This document shows positions 1 to 12,000 of a DNA stretch of 64,000 nt, piece after piece. Each line of letters opens with the position of its first letter. Within the stretch, counting starts at the first letter, position 1. The position numbers and the translations under genes are program-made. The DNA is from Lingula anatina. Lineage: Eukaryota > Animalia > Brachiopoda. The DNA lies in NCBI GenBank assembly GCA_051362555.1, contig JBPQGU010000016.1, positions 4,712,001 through 4,776,000 of the forward strand, read 5' to 3'. Under the pieces are notes generated by a model. That model was given only the letters and a program-made list of their open reading frames with translations. It was not told the DNA's origin and did not search any database.

Positions 1-3000
1 TAAGAAAAAGAATTTTCATCCCTACCTGGCCAAAATTGAAGAAATCTCACAGTGCCGGCACTGTTCAAAATCACTCAAAATCACCAAAAATCGACCCGTC
101 TCCGATTTTTCCAAAAAGTGACGAAAATCAATCTACCACACCTGTCATTCATAAAAAATGTGGAAACGCGCCCGGGTCACTTCATCAAGGCCCCCAATTC
201 TAGCTTTAAAGATGATCCAAAAATAAGCTCTGAGAACAGAATCTGAGAGGGGGGGGGGGGGGGAGACAGAGTTTTTGCTCTATTTCTTCCTTAATGTTGA
301 CACCACCACTCTTCCAGCACTTTATTCTTACTACAAATGACCGAACACACCTACCTGACACTATAACGAAGAAAAAAAATTTTCATCCCTACCTGGCCAA
401 AATTGAAGAAATCTCACAGTGCCGGCACTGTTCAAAATCACTCAAAATCACCAAAAATCGACCCGTCTCCGATTTTTCCAAAAAGTGACGAAAATCAATC
501 TACCACACCTGTCATTCATAAAAAATGTGGAAATGCGCCCGGGTCACTTCATCAAGGCCCCCAATTCTAGCTTTAAAGATGATCCAAAAATAAGCTCTGA
601 GAACAGAATCTGAGAGGGGGGGGGGGGGAGACAGAGTTTTTGCTCTATTTCTTCCTTAATGTTGACACCACCACTCTTCCAGCACTTTATTCTTACTACA
701 AATGACCGAACACACCTACCTGACACTATAATGAAGAAAAAAAATTTTCATCCCTACCTGGCCAAAATTGAAGAAATCTCACAGTGCCGGCACTGTTCAA
801 AATCACTCAAAATCACCAAAAATCGACCCGTCTCCGATTTTTCCAAAAAGTGACGAAAATCAATCTACCACACCTGTCATTCATAAAAAATGTGGAAACG
901 CGCCCGGGTCACTTCATCAAGGCCCCCAATTCTAGCTTTAAAGATGATCCAAAAATAAGCTCTGCGAACAGAATCTGAGAGGGGGGGGGGAGACAGAGTT
1001 TTTGCTCTATTTCTTCCTTAATGTTGACACCACCACTCTTCCAGCACTTTATTCTTACTACAAATGACCGAACACACCTACCTGACACTATAATGAAGAA
1101 AAAAAATTTTCATCCCTACCTGGCCAAAATTGAAGAAATCTCACAGTGCCGGCACTGTTCAAAATCACTCAAAATCACCAAAAATCGACCCGTCTCCGAT
1201 TTTTCCAAAAAGTGACGAAAATCAATCTACCACACCTGTCATTCATAAAAAATGTGGAAACGCGCCCGGGTCACTTCATCAAGGCCCCCAATTCTAGCTT
1301 TAAAGATGATCCAAAAATAAGCTCTGAGAACAGAATCTGAGAGGGGGGGGGGGAGACAGAGTTTTTGCTCTATTTCTTCCTTAATGTTGACACCACCACT
1401 CTTCCAGCACTTTATTCTTACTACAAATGACCGAACACACCTACCTGACACTATAATGAAGAAAAAAAATTTTCATCCCTACCTGGCCAAAATTGAAGAA
1501 ATCTCACAGTGCCGGCACTGTTCAAAATCACTCAAAATCACCAAAAATCGACCCGTCTCCGATTTTTCCAAAAAGTGACGAAAATCAATCTACCACACCT
1601 GTCATTCATAAAAAATGTGGAAACGCGCCCGGGTCACTTCATCAAGGCCCCCAATTCTAGCTTTAAAGATGATCCAAAAATAAGCTCTGAGAACAGAATC
1701 TGAGAGGGGGGGGGGGAGACAGAGTTTTTGCTCTATTTCTTCCTTAATGTTGACACCACCACTCTTCCAGCACTTTATTCTTACTACAAATGACCGAACA
1801 CACCTACCTGACACTATAATGAAGAAAAAAAATTTTCATCCCTACCTGGCCAAAATTGAAGAAATCTCACAGTGCCGGCACTGTTCAAAATCACTCAAAA
1901 TCACCAAAAATCGACCCGTCTCCGATTTTTCCAAAAAGTGACGAAAATCAATCTACCACACCTGTCATTCATAAAAAATGTAGAAACGCGCCCGGGTCAC
2001 TTCATCAAGGCCCCCAATTCTAGCTTTAAAGATGATCCAAAAATAAGCTCTGAGAACAGAATCTGAGAGGGGGGGGGGGGAGTCAGAGTTTTTGCTCTAT
2101 TTCTTCCTTAATGTTGACACCACCACTCTTCCAGCACTTTATTCTTACTACAAATGACCGAACACACCTACCTGACACTATAATGAAGAAAAAAAATTTT
2201 CATCCCTACCTGGCCAAAATTGAAGAAATCTCACAGTGCCGGCACTGTTCAAAATCACTCAAAATCACCAAAAATCGACCCGTCTCCGATTTTTCCAAAA
2301 AGTGACGAAAATCAATCTACCACACCTGTCATTCATAAAAAATGTGGAAACGCGCCCGGGTCACTTCATCAAGGCCCTCAATTCTAGCTTTAAAGATGAT
2401 CCAAAAATAAGCTCTGAGAACAGAATCTGAGAGGGGGGGGGGAGACAGAGTTTTTGCTCTATTTATTCCTTAATGTTGACACCACCACTCTTCCAGCACT
2501 TTATTCTTACTACAAATGACCGAACACACCTACCTGACACTATAATGAAGAAAAAAAATTTTCATCCCTACCTGGCCAAAATTGAAGAAATCTCACAGTG
2601 CCGGCACTGTTCAAAATCACTCAAAATCACCAAAAATCGACCCGTCTCCGATTTTTCCAAAAAGTGACGAAAATCAATCTACCACACCTGTCATTCATAA
2701 AAAATGTGGAAACGCGCCCGGGTCACTTCATCAAGGCCCCCAATTCTAGCTTTAAAGATGATCCAAAAATAAGCTCTGAGAACAGAATCTGAGAGGGGGG
2801 GGGGGGGAGTCAGAGTTTTTGCTCTATTTCTTCCTTAATGTTGACACCACCACTCTTCCAGCACTTTATTCTTACTACAAATGACCGAACACACCTACCT
2901 GACACTATAATGAAGAAAAAAAATTTTCATCCCTACCTGGCCAAAATTGAAGAAATCTCACAGTGCCGGCACTGTTCAAAATCTCTCAAAATCACCAAAA

Positions 3001-6000
3001 ATCGACCCGTCTCCGATTTTTCCAAAAAGTGACGAAAATCAATCTACCACACCTGTCATTCATAAAAAATGTGGAAACGCGCCCGGGTCACTTCATCAAG
3101 GCCCCCAATTCTAGCTTTAAAGATGATCCAAAAATAAGCTCTGAGAACAGAATCTGAGAGGGGGGGGGGGAGACAGAGTTTTTGCTCTATTTCTTCCTTA
3201 ATGTTGACACCACCACTCTTCCAGCACTTTATTCTTACTACAAATGACCGAACACACCTACCTGACACTATAATGAAGAAAAAAAATTTTCATCCCTACC
3301 TGGCCAAAATTGAAGAAATCTCACAGTGCCGGCACTGTTCAAAATCACTCAAAATCACCAAAAATCGACCCGTCTCCGATTTTTCCAAAAAGTGACGAAA
3401 ATCAATCTACCACACCTGTCATTCATAAAAAATGTGGAAACGCGCCCGGGTCACTTCATCAAGGCCCCCAATTCTAGCTTTAAAGATGATCCAAAAATAA
3501 GCTCTGAGAACAGAATCTGAGAGGGGGGGGGGGAGACAGAGTTTTTGCTCTATTTCTTCCTTAATGTTGACACCACCACTCTTCCAGCACTTTATTCTTA
3601 CTACAAATGACCGAACACACCTACCTGACACTATAATGAAGAAAAAAAATTTTCATCCCTACCTGGCCAAAATTGAAGAAATCTCACAGTGCCGGCACTG
3701 TTCAAAATCACTCAAAATCACCAAAAATCGACCCGTCTCCGATTTTTCCAAAAAGTGACGAAAATCAATCTACCACACCTGTCATTCATAAAAAATGTGG
3801 AAACGCGCCCGGGTCACTTCATCAAGGCCCCCAATTCTAGCTTTAAAGATGATCCAAAAATAAGCTCTGAGAACAGAATCTGAGAGGGGGGGGGGGGGAG
3901 ACAGAGTTTTTGCTCTATTTCTTCCTTAATGTTGACACCACCACTCTTCCAGCACTTTATTCTTACTACAAATGACCGAACACACCTACCTGACACTATA
4001 ATGAAGAAAAAAAATTTTCATCCCTACCTGGCCAAAATTGAAGAAATCTCACAGTGCCGGCACTGTTCAAAATCACTCAAAATCACCAAAAATCGACCCG
4101 TCTCCGATTTTTCCAAAAAGTGACGAAAATCAATCTACCACACCTGTCATTCATAAAAATGTGGAAACGCGCCCGGGTCACTTCATCAAGGCCCCCAATT
4201 CTAGCTTTAAAGATGATCCAAAAATAAGCTCTGAGAACAGAATCTGAGAGGGGGGGGGGGAGACAGAGTTTTTGCTCTATTTCTTCCTTAATGTTGACAC
4301 CACCACTCTTCCAGCACTTTATTCTTACTACAAATGACCGAACACACCTACCTGACACTATAATGAAGAAAAAAAATTTTCATCCCTACCGGGCCAAAAT
4401 TGAAGAAATCTCACAGTGCCGGCACTGTTCAAAATCACTCAAAATCACCAAAAATCGACCCGTCTCCGATTTTTCCAAAAAGTGACGAAAATCAATCTAC
4501 CACACCTGTCATTCATAAAAAATGTGGAAACGCGCCCGGGTCACTTCATCAAGGCCCCCAATTCTAGCTTTAAAGATGATCCAAAAATAAGCTCTGAGAA
4601 CAGAATCTGAGAGGGGGGGGGGAGACAGAGTTTTTGCTCTATTTCTTCCTTAATGTTGACACCACCACTCTTCCAGCACTTTATTCTTACTACAAATGAC
4701 CGAACACACCTACCTGACACTATAATGAAGAAAAAAAATTTTCATCCCTACCTGGCCAAAATTGAAGAAATCTCACAGTGCCGGCACTGTTCAAAATCAC
4801 TCAAAATCACCAAAAATCGACCCGTCTCCGATTTTTCCAAAAAGTGACGAAAATCAATCTACCACACCTGTCATTCATAAAAAATGTGGAAACGCGCCCG
4901 GGTCACTTCATCAAGGCCCCCAATTCTAGCTTTAAAGATGATCCAAAAATAAGCTCTGAGAACAGAATCTGAGAGGGGGGGGGGGGGAGACAGAGTTTTT
5001 GCTCTATTTCTTCCTTAATGTTGACACCACCACTCTTCCAGCACTTTATTCTTACTACAAATGACCGAACACACCTACCTGACACTATAATGAAGAAAAA
5101 ATTTTCATCCCTACCTGGCCAAAATTGAAGAAATCTCACAGTGCCGGCACTGTTCAAAATCACTCAAAATCACCAAAAATCGACCCGTCTCCGATTTTTC
5201 CAAAAAGTGACGAAAATCAATCTACCACACCTGTCATTCATAAAAAATGTGGAAACGCGCCCGGGTCACTTCATCAAGGCCCCCAATTCTAGCTTTAAAG
5301 ATGATCCAAAAATAAGCTCTGAGAACAGAATCTGAGAGGGGGGGGGGGAGACAGAGTTTTTGCTCTATTTCTTCCTTAATGTTGACACCACCACTCTTCC
5401 AGCACTTTATTCTTACTACAAATGACCGAACACACCTACCTGACACTATAATGAAGAAAAAAAATTTTCATCCCTACCTGGCCAAAATTGAAGAAATCTC
5501 ACAGTGCCGGCACTGTTCAAAATCACTCAAAATCACAAAAAAATCGACCCGTCTCCGATTTTTCCAAAAAGTGACGAAAATCAATCTACCACACCTGTCA
5601 TTCATAAAAAATGTGGAAACGCGCCCGGGTCACTTCATCAAGGCCCCCAATTCTAGCTTTAAAGATGATCCAAAAATAAGCTCTGAGAACAGAATCTGAG
5701 AGGGGGGGGGGGAGACAGAGTTTTTGCTCTATTTCTTCCTTAATGTTGACACCACCACTCTTCCAGCACTTTATTCTTACTACAAATGACCGAACACACC
5801 TACCTGACACTATAATGAAGAAAAAAAATTTTCATCCCTACCTGGCCAAAATTGAAGAAATCTCACAGTGCCGGCACTGTTCAAAATCACTCAAAATCAC
5901 CAAAAATCGACCCGTCTCCGATTTTTCCAAAAAGTGACGAAAATCAATCTACCACACCTGTCATTCATAAAAAATGTGGAAACGCGCCCGGGTCACTTCA

Positions 6001-9000
6001 TCAAGGCCCCCAATTCTAGCTTTAAAGATGATCCAAAAATAAGCTCTGAGAACAGAATCTGAGAGGGGGGGGGGGGGGAGACAGAGTTTTTGCTCTATTT
6101 CTTCCTTAATGTTGACACCACCACTCTTCCAGCACTTTATTCTTACTACAAATGACCGAACACACCTACCTGACACTATAATGAAGAAAAAAAATTTTCA
6201 TCCCTACCTGGCCAAAATTGAAGAAATCTCACAGTGCCTGCACTGTTCAAAATCACTCAAAATCACCAAAAATCGACCCGTCTCCGATTTTTCCAAAAAG
6301 TGACGAACATCAATCTACCACACCTGTCATTCATAAAAAATGTGGAAACGCGCCCGGGTCACTTCATCAAGGCCCCCAATTCTAGCTTTAAAGATGATCC
6401 AAAAATAAGCTCTGAGAACAGAATCTGAGAGGGGGGGGGGGAGACAGAGTTTTTGCTCTATTTCTTCCTTAATGTTGACACCACCACTCTTCCAGCACTT
6501 TATTCTTACTACAAATGACCGAACACACCTACCTGACACTATAATGAAGAAAAAAAATTTTCATCCCTACCTGGCCAAAATTGAAGAAATCTCACAGTGC
6601 CGGCACTGTTCAAAATCACTCAAAATCACCAAAAATCGACCCGTCTCCGATTTTTCCAAAAAGTGACGAAAATCAATCTACCACACCTGTCATTCATAAA
6701 AAATGTGGAAACGCGCCCGGGTCACTTCATCAAGGCCCCCAATTCTAGATTTAAAGATGATCCAAAAATAAGCTCTGAGAACAGAATCTGAGAGGGGGGG
6801 GGGAGACAGAGTTTTTGCTCTATTTCTTCCTTAATGTTGACACCACCACTCTTCCAGCACTTTATTCTTACTACAAATGACCGAACACACCTACCTGACA
6901 CTATAATGAAGAAAAAAAATTTTCATCCCTACCTGGCCAAAATTGAAGAAATCTCACAGTGCCGGCACTGTTCAAAATCACTCAAAATCACCAAAAATCG
7001 ACCCGTCTCCGATTTTTCCAAAAAGTGACGAAAATCAATCTACCACACCTGTCATTCATAAAAAATGTGGAAACGCGCCCGGGTCACTTTATCAAGGCCC
7101 CCAATTCTAGCTTTAAAGATGATCCAAAAATAAGCTCTGAGAACAGAATCTGAGAGGGGGGGGGGGAGACAGAGAGTTTGCTCTATTTCTTCCTTAATGT
7201 TGACACCACCACTCTTCCAGCACTTTATTCTTACTACAAATGACCGAAGACACCTACCTGACACTATAATGAAGAAAAAAAATTTTCATCCCTACCTGGC
7301 CAAAATTGAAGAAATCTCACAGTGCCGGCACTGTTCAAAATCACTCAAAATCACCAAAAATCGACCCGTCTCCGATTTTTCCAAAAAGTGACGAAAATCA
7401 ATCTACCACACCTGTCATTCATAAAAAATGTGGAAACGCGCCCGGGTCACTTCATCAAGGCCCCCAATTCTAGCTTTAAAGATGATCCAAAAATAAGCTC
7501 TGAGAACAGAATCTGAGAGGGGGGGGGGAGACAGAGTTTTTGCTCTATTTCTTCCTTAATGTTGACACCACCACTCTTCCAGCACTTTATTCTTACTACA
7601 AATGACCGAACACACCTACCTGACACTATAATGAAGAAAAAAAATTTTCATCCCTACCTGGCCAAAATTGAAGAAATCTCACAGTGCCGGCACTGTTCAA
7701 AATCACTCAAAATCACCAAAAATCGACCCGTCTCCGATTTTTCCAAAAAGTGACGAAAATCAATCTACCACACCTGTCATTCATAAAAAATGTGGAAACG
7801 CGCCCGGGTCACTTCATCAAGGCCCCCAATTCTAGCTTTAAAGATGATCCAAAAATAAGCTCTGAGAACAGAATCTGAGAGGGGGGGGGAGACAGAGTTT
7901 TTGCTCTATTTCTTCCTTAATGTTGACACCACCACTCTTCCAGCACTTTATTCTTACTACAAATGACCGAACACACCTACCTGACACTATAATGAAGAAA
8001 AAAAATTTTCATCCCTACCTGGCCAAAATTGAAGAAATCTCACAGTGCCGGCACTGTTCAAAATCACTCAAAATCACCAAAAATCGACCCGTCTCCGATT
8101 TTTCCAAAAAGTGACAAAAATCAATCTACCACACCTGTCATTCATAAAAAATGTGGAAACGCCCCCGGGTCACTTCATCAAGGCCCCCAATTCTAGCTTT
8201 AAAGATGATCCAAAAATAAGCTCTGAGAACAGAATCTGAGAGGGGGGGGGGGGGGAGACAGAGTTTTTGCTCTATTTCTTCCTTAATGTTGACACCACCA
8301 CTCTTCCAGCACTTTATTCTTACTACAAATGACCGAACACACCTACCTGACACTATAATGAAGAAAAAAAATTTTCATCCCTACCTGGCCAAAATTGAAG
8401 AAATCTCACAGTGCCGGCACTGTTCAAAATCACTCAAAATCACCAAAAATCGACCCGTCTCCGATTTTTCCAAAAAGTGACGAAAATCAATCTACCACAC
8501 CTGTCATTCATAAAAAATGTGGAAATGTGCCCGGGTCACTTCATCAAGGCCCCCAATTCTAGCTTTAAAGATGATCCAAAAATAAGCTCTGAGAACAGAA
8601 TCTGAGAGGGGGGGGGAGACAGAGTTTTTGCTCTATTTCTTCCTTAATGTTGACACCACCACTCTTCCAGCACTTTATTCTTACTACAAATGACCGAACA
8701 CACCTACCTGACACTATAATGAAGAAAAAAATTTTCATCCCTACCTGGCCAAAATTGAAGAAATCTCACAGTGCCGGCACTGTTCAAAATCACTCAAAAT
8801 CACCAAAAATCGACCCGTCTCCGATTTTTCCAAAAAGTGACGAAAATCAATCTACCACACCTGTCATTCATAAAAAATGTGGAAACGCCCCCGGGTCACT
8901 TCATCAAGGCCCCCAATTCTAGCTTTAAAGATGATCCAAAAATAAGCTCTGAGAACAGAATCTGAGAGGGGGGGGGGGGGGAGACAGAGTTTTTGCTCTA

Positions 9001-12000
9001 TTTCTTCCTTAATGTTGACACCACCACTCTTCCAGCACTTTATTCTTACTACAAATGACCGAACACACCTACCTGACACTATAATGAAGAAAAAAAATTT
9101 TCATCCCTACCTGGCCAAAATTGAAGAAATCTCACAGTGCCGGCACTGTTCAAAATCACTCAAAATCACCAAAAATCGACCCGTCTCCGATTTTTCCAAA
9201 AAGTGACGAAAATCAATCTACCACACCTGTCATTCATAAAAAATGTGGAAACGTGCCCGGGTCACTTCATCAAGGCCCCCAATTCTAGCTTTAAAGATGA
9301 TCCAAAAATAAGCTCTGAGAACAGAATCTGAGAGGGGGGGGAGACAGAGTTTTTGCTCTATTTCTTCCTTAATGTTGACACCACCACTCTTCCAGCACTT
9401 TATTCTTACTACAAATGACCGAACACACCTACCTGACACTATAATGAAGAAAAAAATTTTCATCCCTACCTGGCCAAAATTGAAGAAATCTCACAGTGCC
9501 GGCACTGTTCAAAATCACTCAAAATCACCAAAAATCGACCCGTCTCCGATTTTTCCAAAAAGTGACAAAAATCAATCTACCACACCTGTCATTCATAAAA
9601 AATGTGGAAACGCGCCCGGGTCACTTCATCAAGGCCCCCAATTCTAGCTTTAAAGATGATCCAAAAATAAGCTCTGAGAACAGAATCTGAGAGGGGGGGG
9701 GGAGATAGAGTTTTTGCTCTATTTCTTCCTTAATGTTGACACCACCACTCTTCCAGCACTTTATTCTTACTACAAATGACCGAACACACCTACCTGACAC
9801 TATAATGAAGAAAAAAAAATTTCATCCCTACCTGGCCAAAATTGAAGAAATCTCACAGTGCCGGCACTGTTCAAAATCACTCAAAATCACCAAAAATCGA
9901 CCCGTCTCCGATTTTTCCAAAAAGTGACGAAAATCAATCTACCACACCTGTCATTCATAAAAAATGTGGAAACGCGCCCGGGTCACTTCATCAAGGCCCC
10001 CAATTCTAGCTTTAAAGATGATCCAAAAATAAGCTCTGAGAACAGAATCTGAGAGGGGGGGGGGGGGAGACAGAGTTTTTGCTCTATTTCTTCCTTAATG
10101 TTGACACCACCACTCTTCCAGCACTTTATTCTTACTACAAATGACCGAACACACCTACCTGACACTATAATGAAGAAAAAAAATTTTCATCCCTACCTGG
10201 CCAAAATTGAAGAAATCTCACAGTGCCGGCACTGTTCAAAATCACTCAAAATCACCAAAAATCGACCCGTCTCCGATTTTTCCAAAAAGTGACGAAAATC
10301 AATCTACCACACCTGTCATTCATAAAAAATGTGGAAACGCCCCCGGGTCACTTCATCAAGGCCCCCAATTCTAGCTTTAAAGATGATCCAAAAATAAGCT
10401 CTGAGAACAGAATCTGAGAGGGGGGGGGGGGGGGGAGACAGAGTTTTTGCTCTATTTCTTCCTTAATGTTGACACGTGCCGGCACTGTTCAAAATCACTC
10501 AAAATCACCAAAAATCGACCCGTCTCCGATTTTTCCAAAAAGTGACGAAAATCAATCTACCACACCTGTCATTCATAAAAAATGTGGAAACGCGCCCGGG
10601 TCACTTCATCAAGGCCCCCAATTCTAGCTTTAAAGATGATCCAAAAATAAGCTCTGAGAACAGAATCTGAGAGGGGGGGGGGGGAGACAGAGTTTTTGCT
10701 CTATTTCTTCCTTAATGTTGACACCACCACTCTTCCAGCACTTTATTCTTACTACAAATGACCGAACACACCTACCTGACACTATAATGAAGAAAAAAAA
10801 TTTTCATCCCTACCTGGCCAAAATTGAAGAAATCTCACAGTGCCGGCACTGTTCAAAATCACTCAAAATCACCAAAAATCGACCCGTCTCCGATTTTTCC
10901 AAAAAGTGACGAAAATCAATCTACCACACCTGTCATTCATAAAAAATGTGGAAACGCGCCCGGGTCACTTCATCAAGGCCCCCAATTCTAGCTTTAAAGA
11001 TGATCCAAAAATAAGCTCTGAGAACAGAATCTGAGAGGGGGGGGGGGGAGACAGAGTTTTTGCTCTATTTATTCCTTAATGTTGACACCACCACTCTTCC
11101 AGCACTTTATTCTTACTACAAATGACCGAACACACCTACCTGACACTATAATGAAGAAAAAAAATTTTCATCCCTACCTGGCCAAAATTGAAGAAATCTC
11201 ACAGTGCCGGCACTGTTCAAAATCACTCAAAATCACCAAAAATCGACCCGTCTCCGATTTTTCCAAAAAGTGACGAAAATCAATCTACCACACCTGTCAT
11301 TCATAAAAAATGTGGAAACGCACCCGGGTCACTTCATCAAGGCCCCCAATTCTAGCTTTAAAGATGATCCAAAAATAAGCTCTGAGAACAGAATCTGAGA
11401 GGGGGGGGGGGAGACAGAGTTTTTGCTCTATTTCTTCCTTAATGTTGACACCACCACTCTTCCAGCACTTTATTCTTACTACAAATGACCGAACACACCT
11501 ACCTGACACTATAATGAAGAAAAAAAATTTTCATCCCTACCTGGCCAAAATTGAAGAAATCTCACAGTGCCGGCACTGTTCAAAATCACTCAAAATCACC
11601 AAAAATCGACCCGTCTCCGATTTTTCCAAAAAGTGACGAAAATCAATCTACCACACCTGTCATTCATAAAAAATGTGGAAACGTGCCCGGGTCACTTCAT
11701 CAAGGCCCCCAATTCTAGCTTTAAAGATGATCCAAAAATAAGCTCTGAGAACAGAATCTGAGAGGGGGGGGGGGGGGGGAGACAGAGTTTTTGCTCTATT
11801 TCTTCCTTAATGTTGACACCACCACTCTTCCAGCACTTTATTCTTACTACAAATGACCGAACACACCTACCTGACACTATAATGAAGAAAAAAATTTTCA
11901 TCCCTACCTGGCCAAAATTGAAGAAATCTCACAGTGCCGGCACTGTTCAAAATCACTCAAAATCACCAAAAATCGACCCGTCTCCGATTTTTCCAAAAAG

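Noticed and set aside
90-180. CENP-B box in the monomer
   Set aside because: The TTCGnnnnAnnCGGG core is not present on either strand.
280-300. TTCC|TTAA in the monomer as a Kolobok terminus (array of tandem transposons or KolobokP-type terminal direct repeats)
   Set aside because: No matching inverted terminus in the monomer, and the edge monomer reads TTCAATAA at this position.
1-367. Tandem 5S rRNA, tRNA, snRNA or spliced-leader RNA gene array
   Set aside because: No recognisable 5S, tRNA or snRNA sequence or Pol III A/B/C boxes. Sm-site-like AATTTTGG motifs on the minus strand are explained by the A-tracts and lack a convincing leader/stem-loop arrangement. An Infernal/Rfam scan would settle this.
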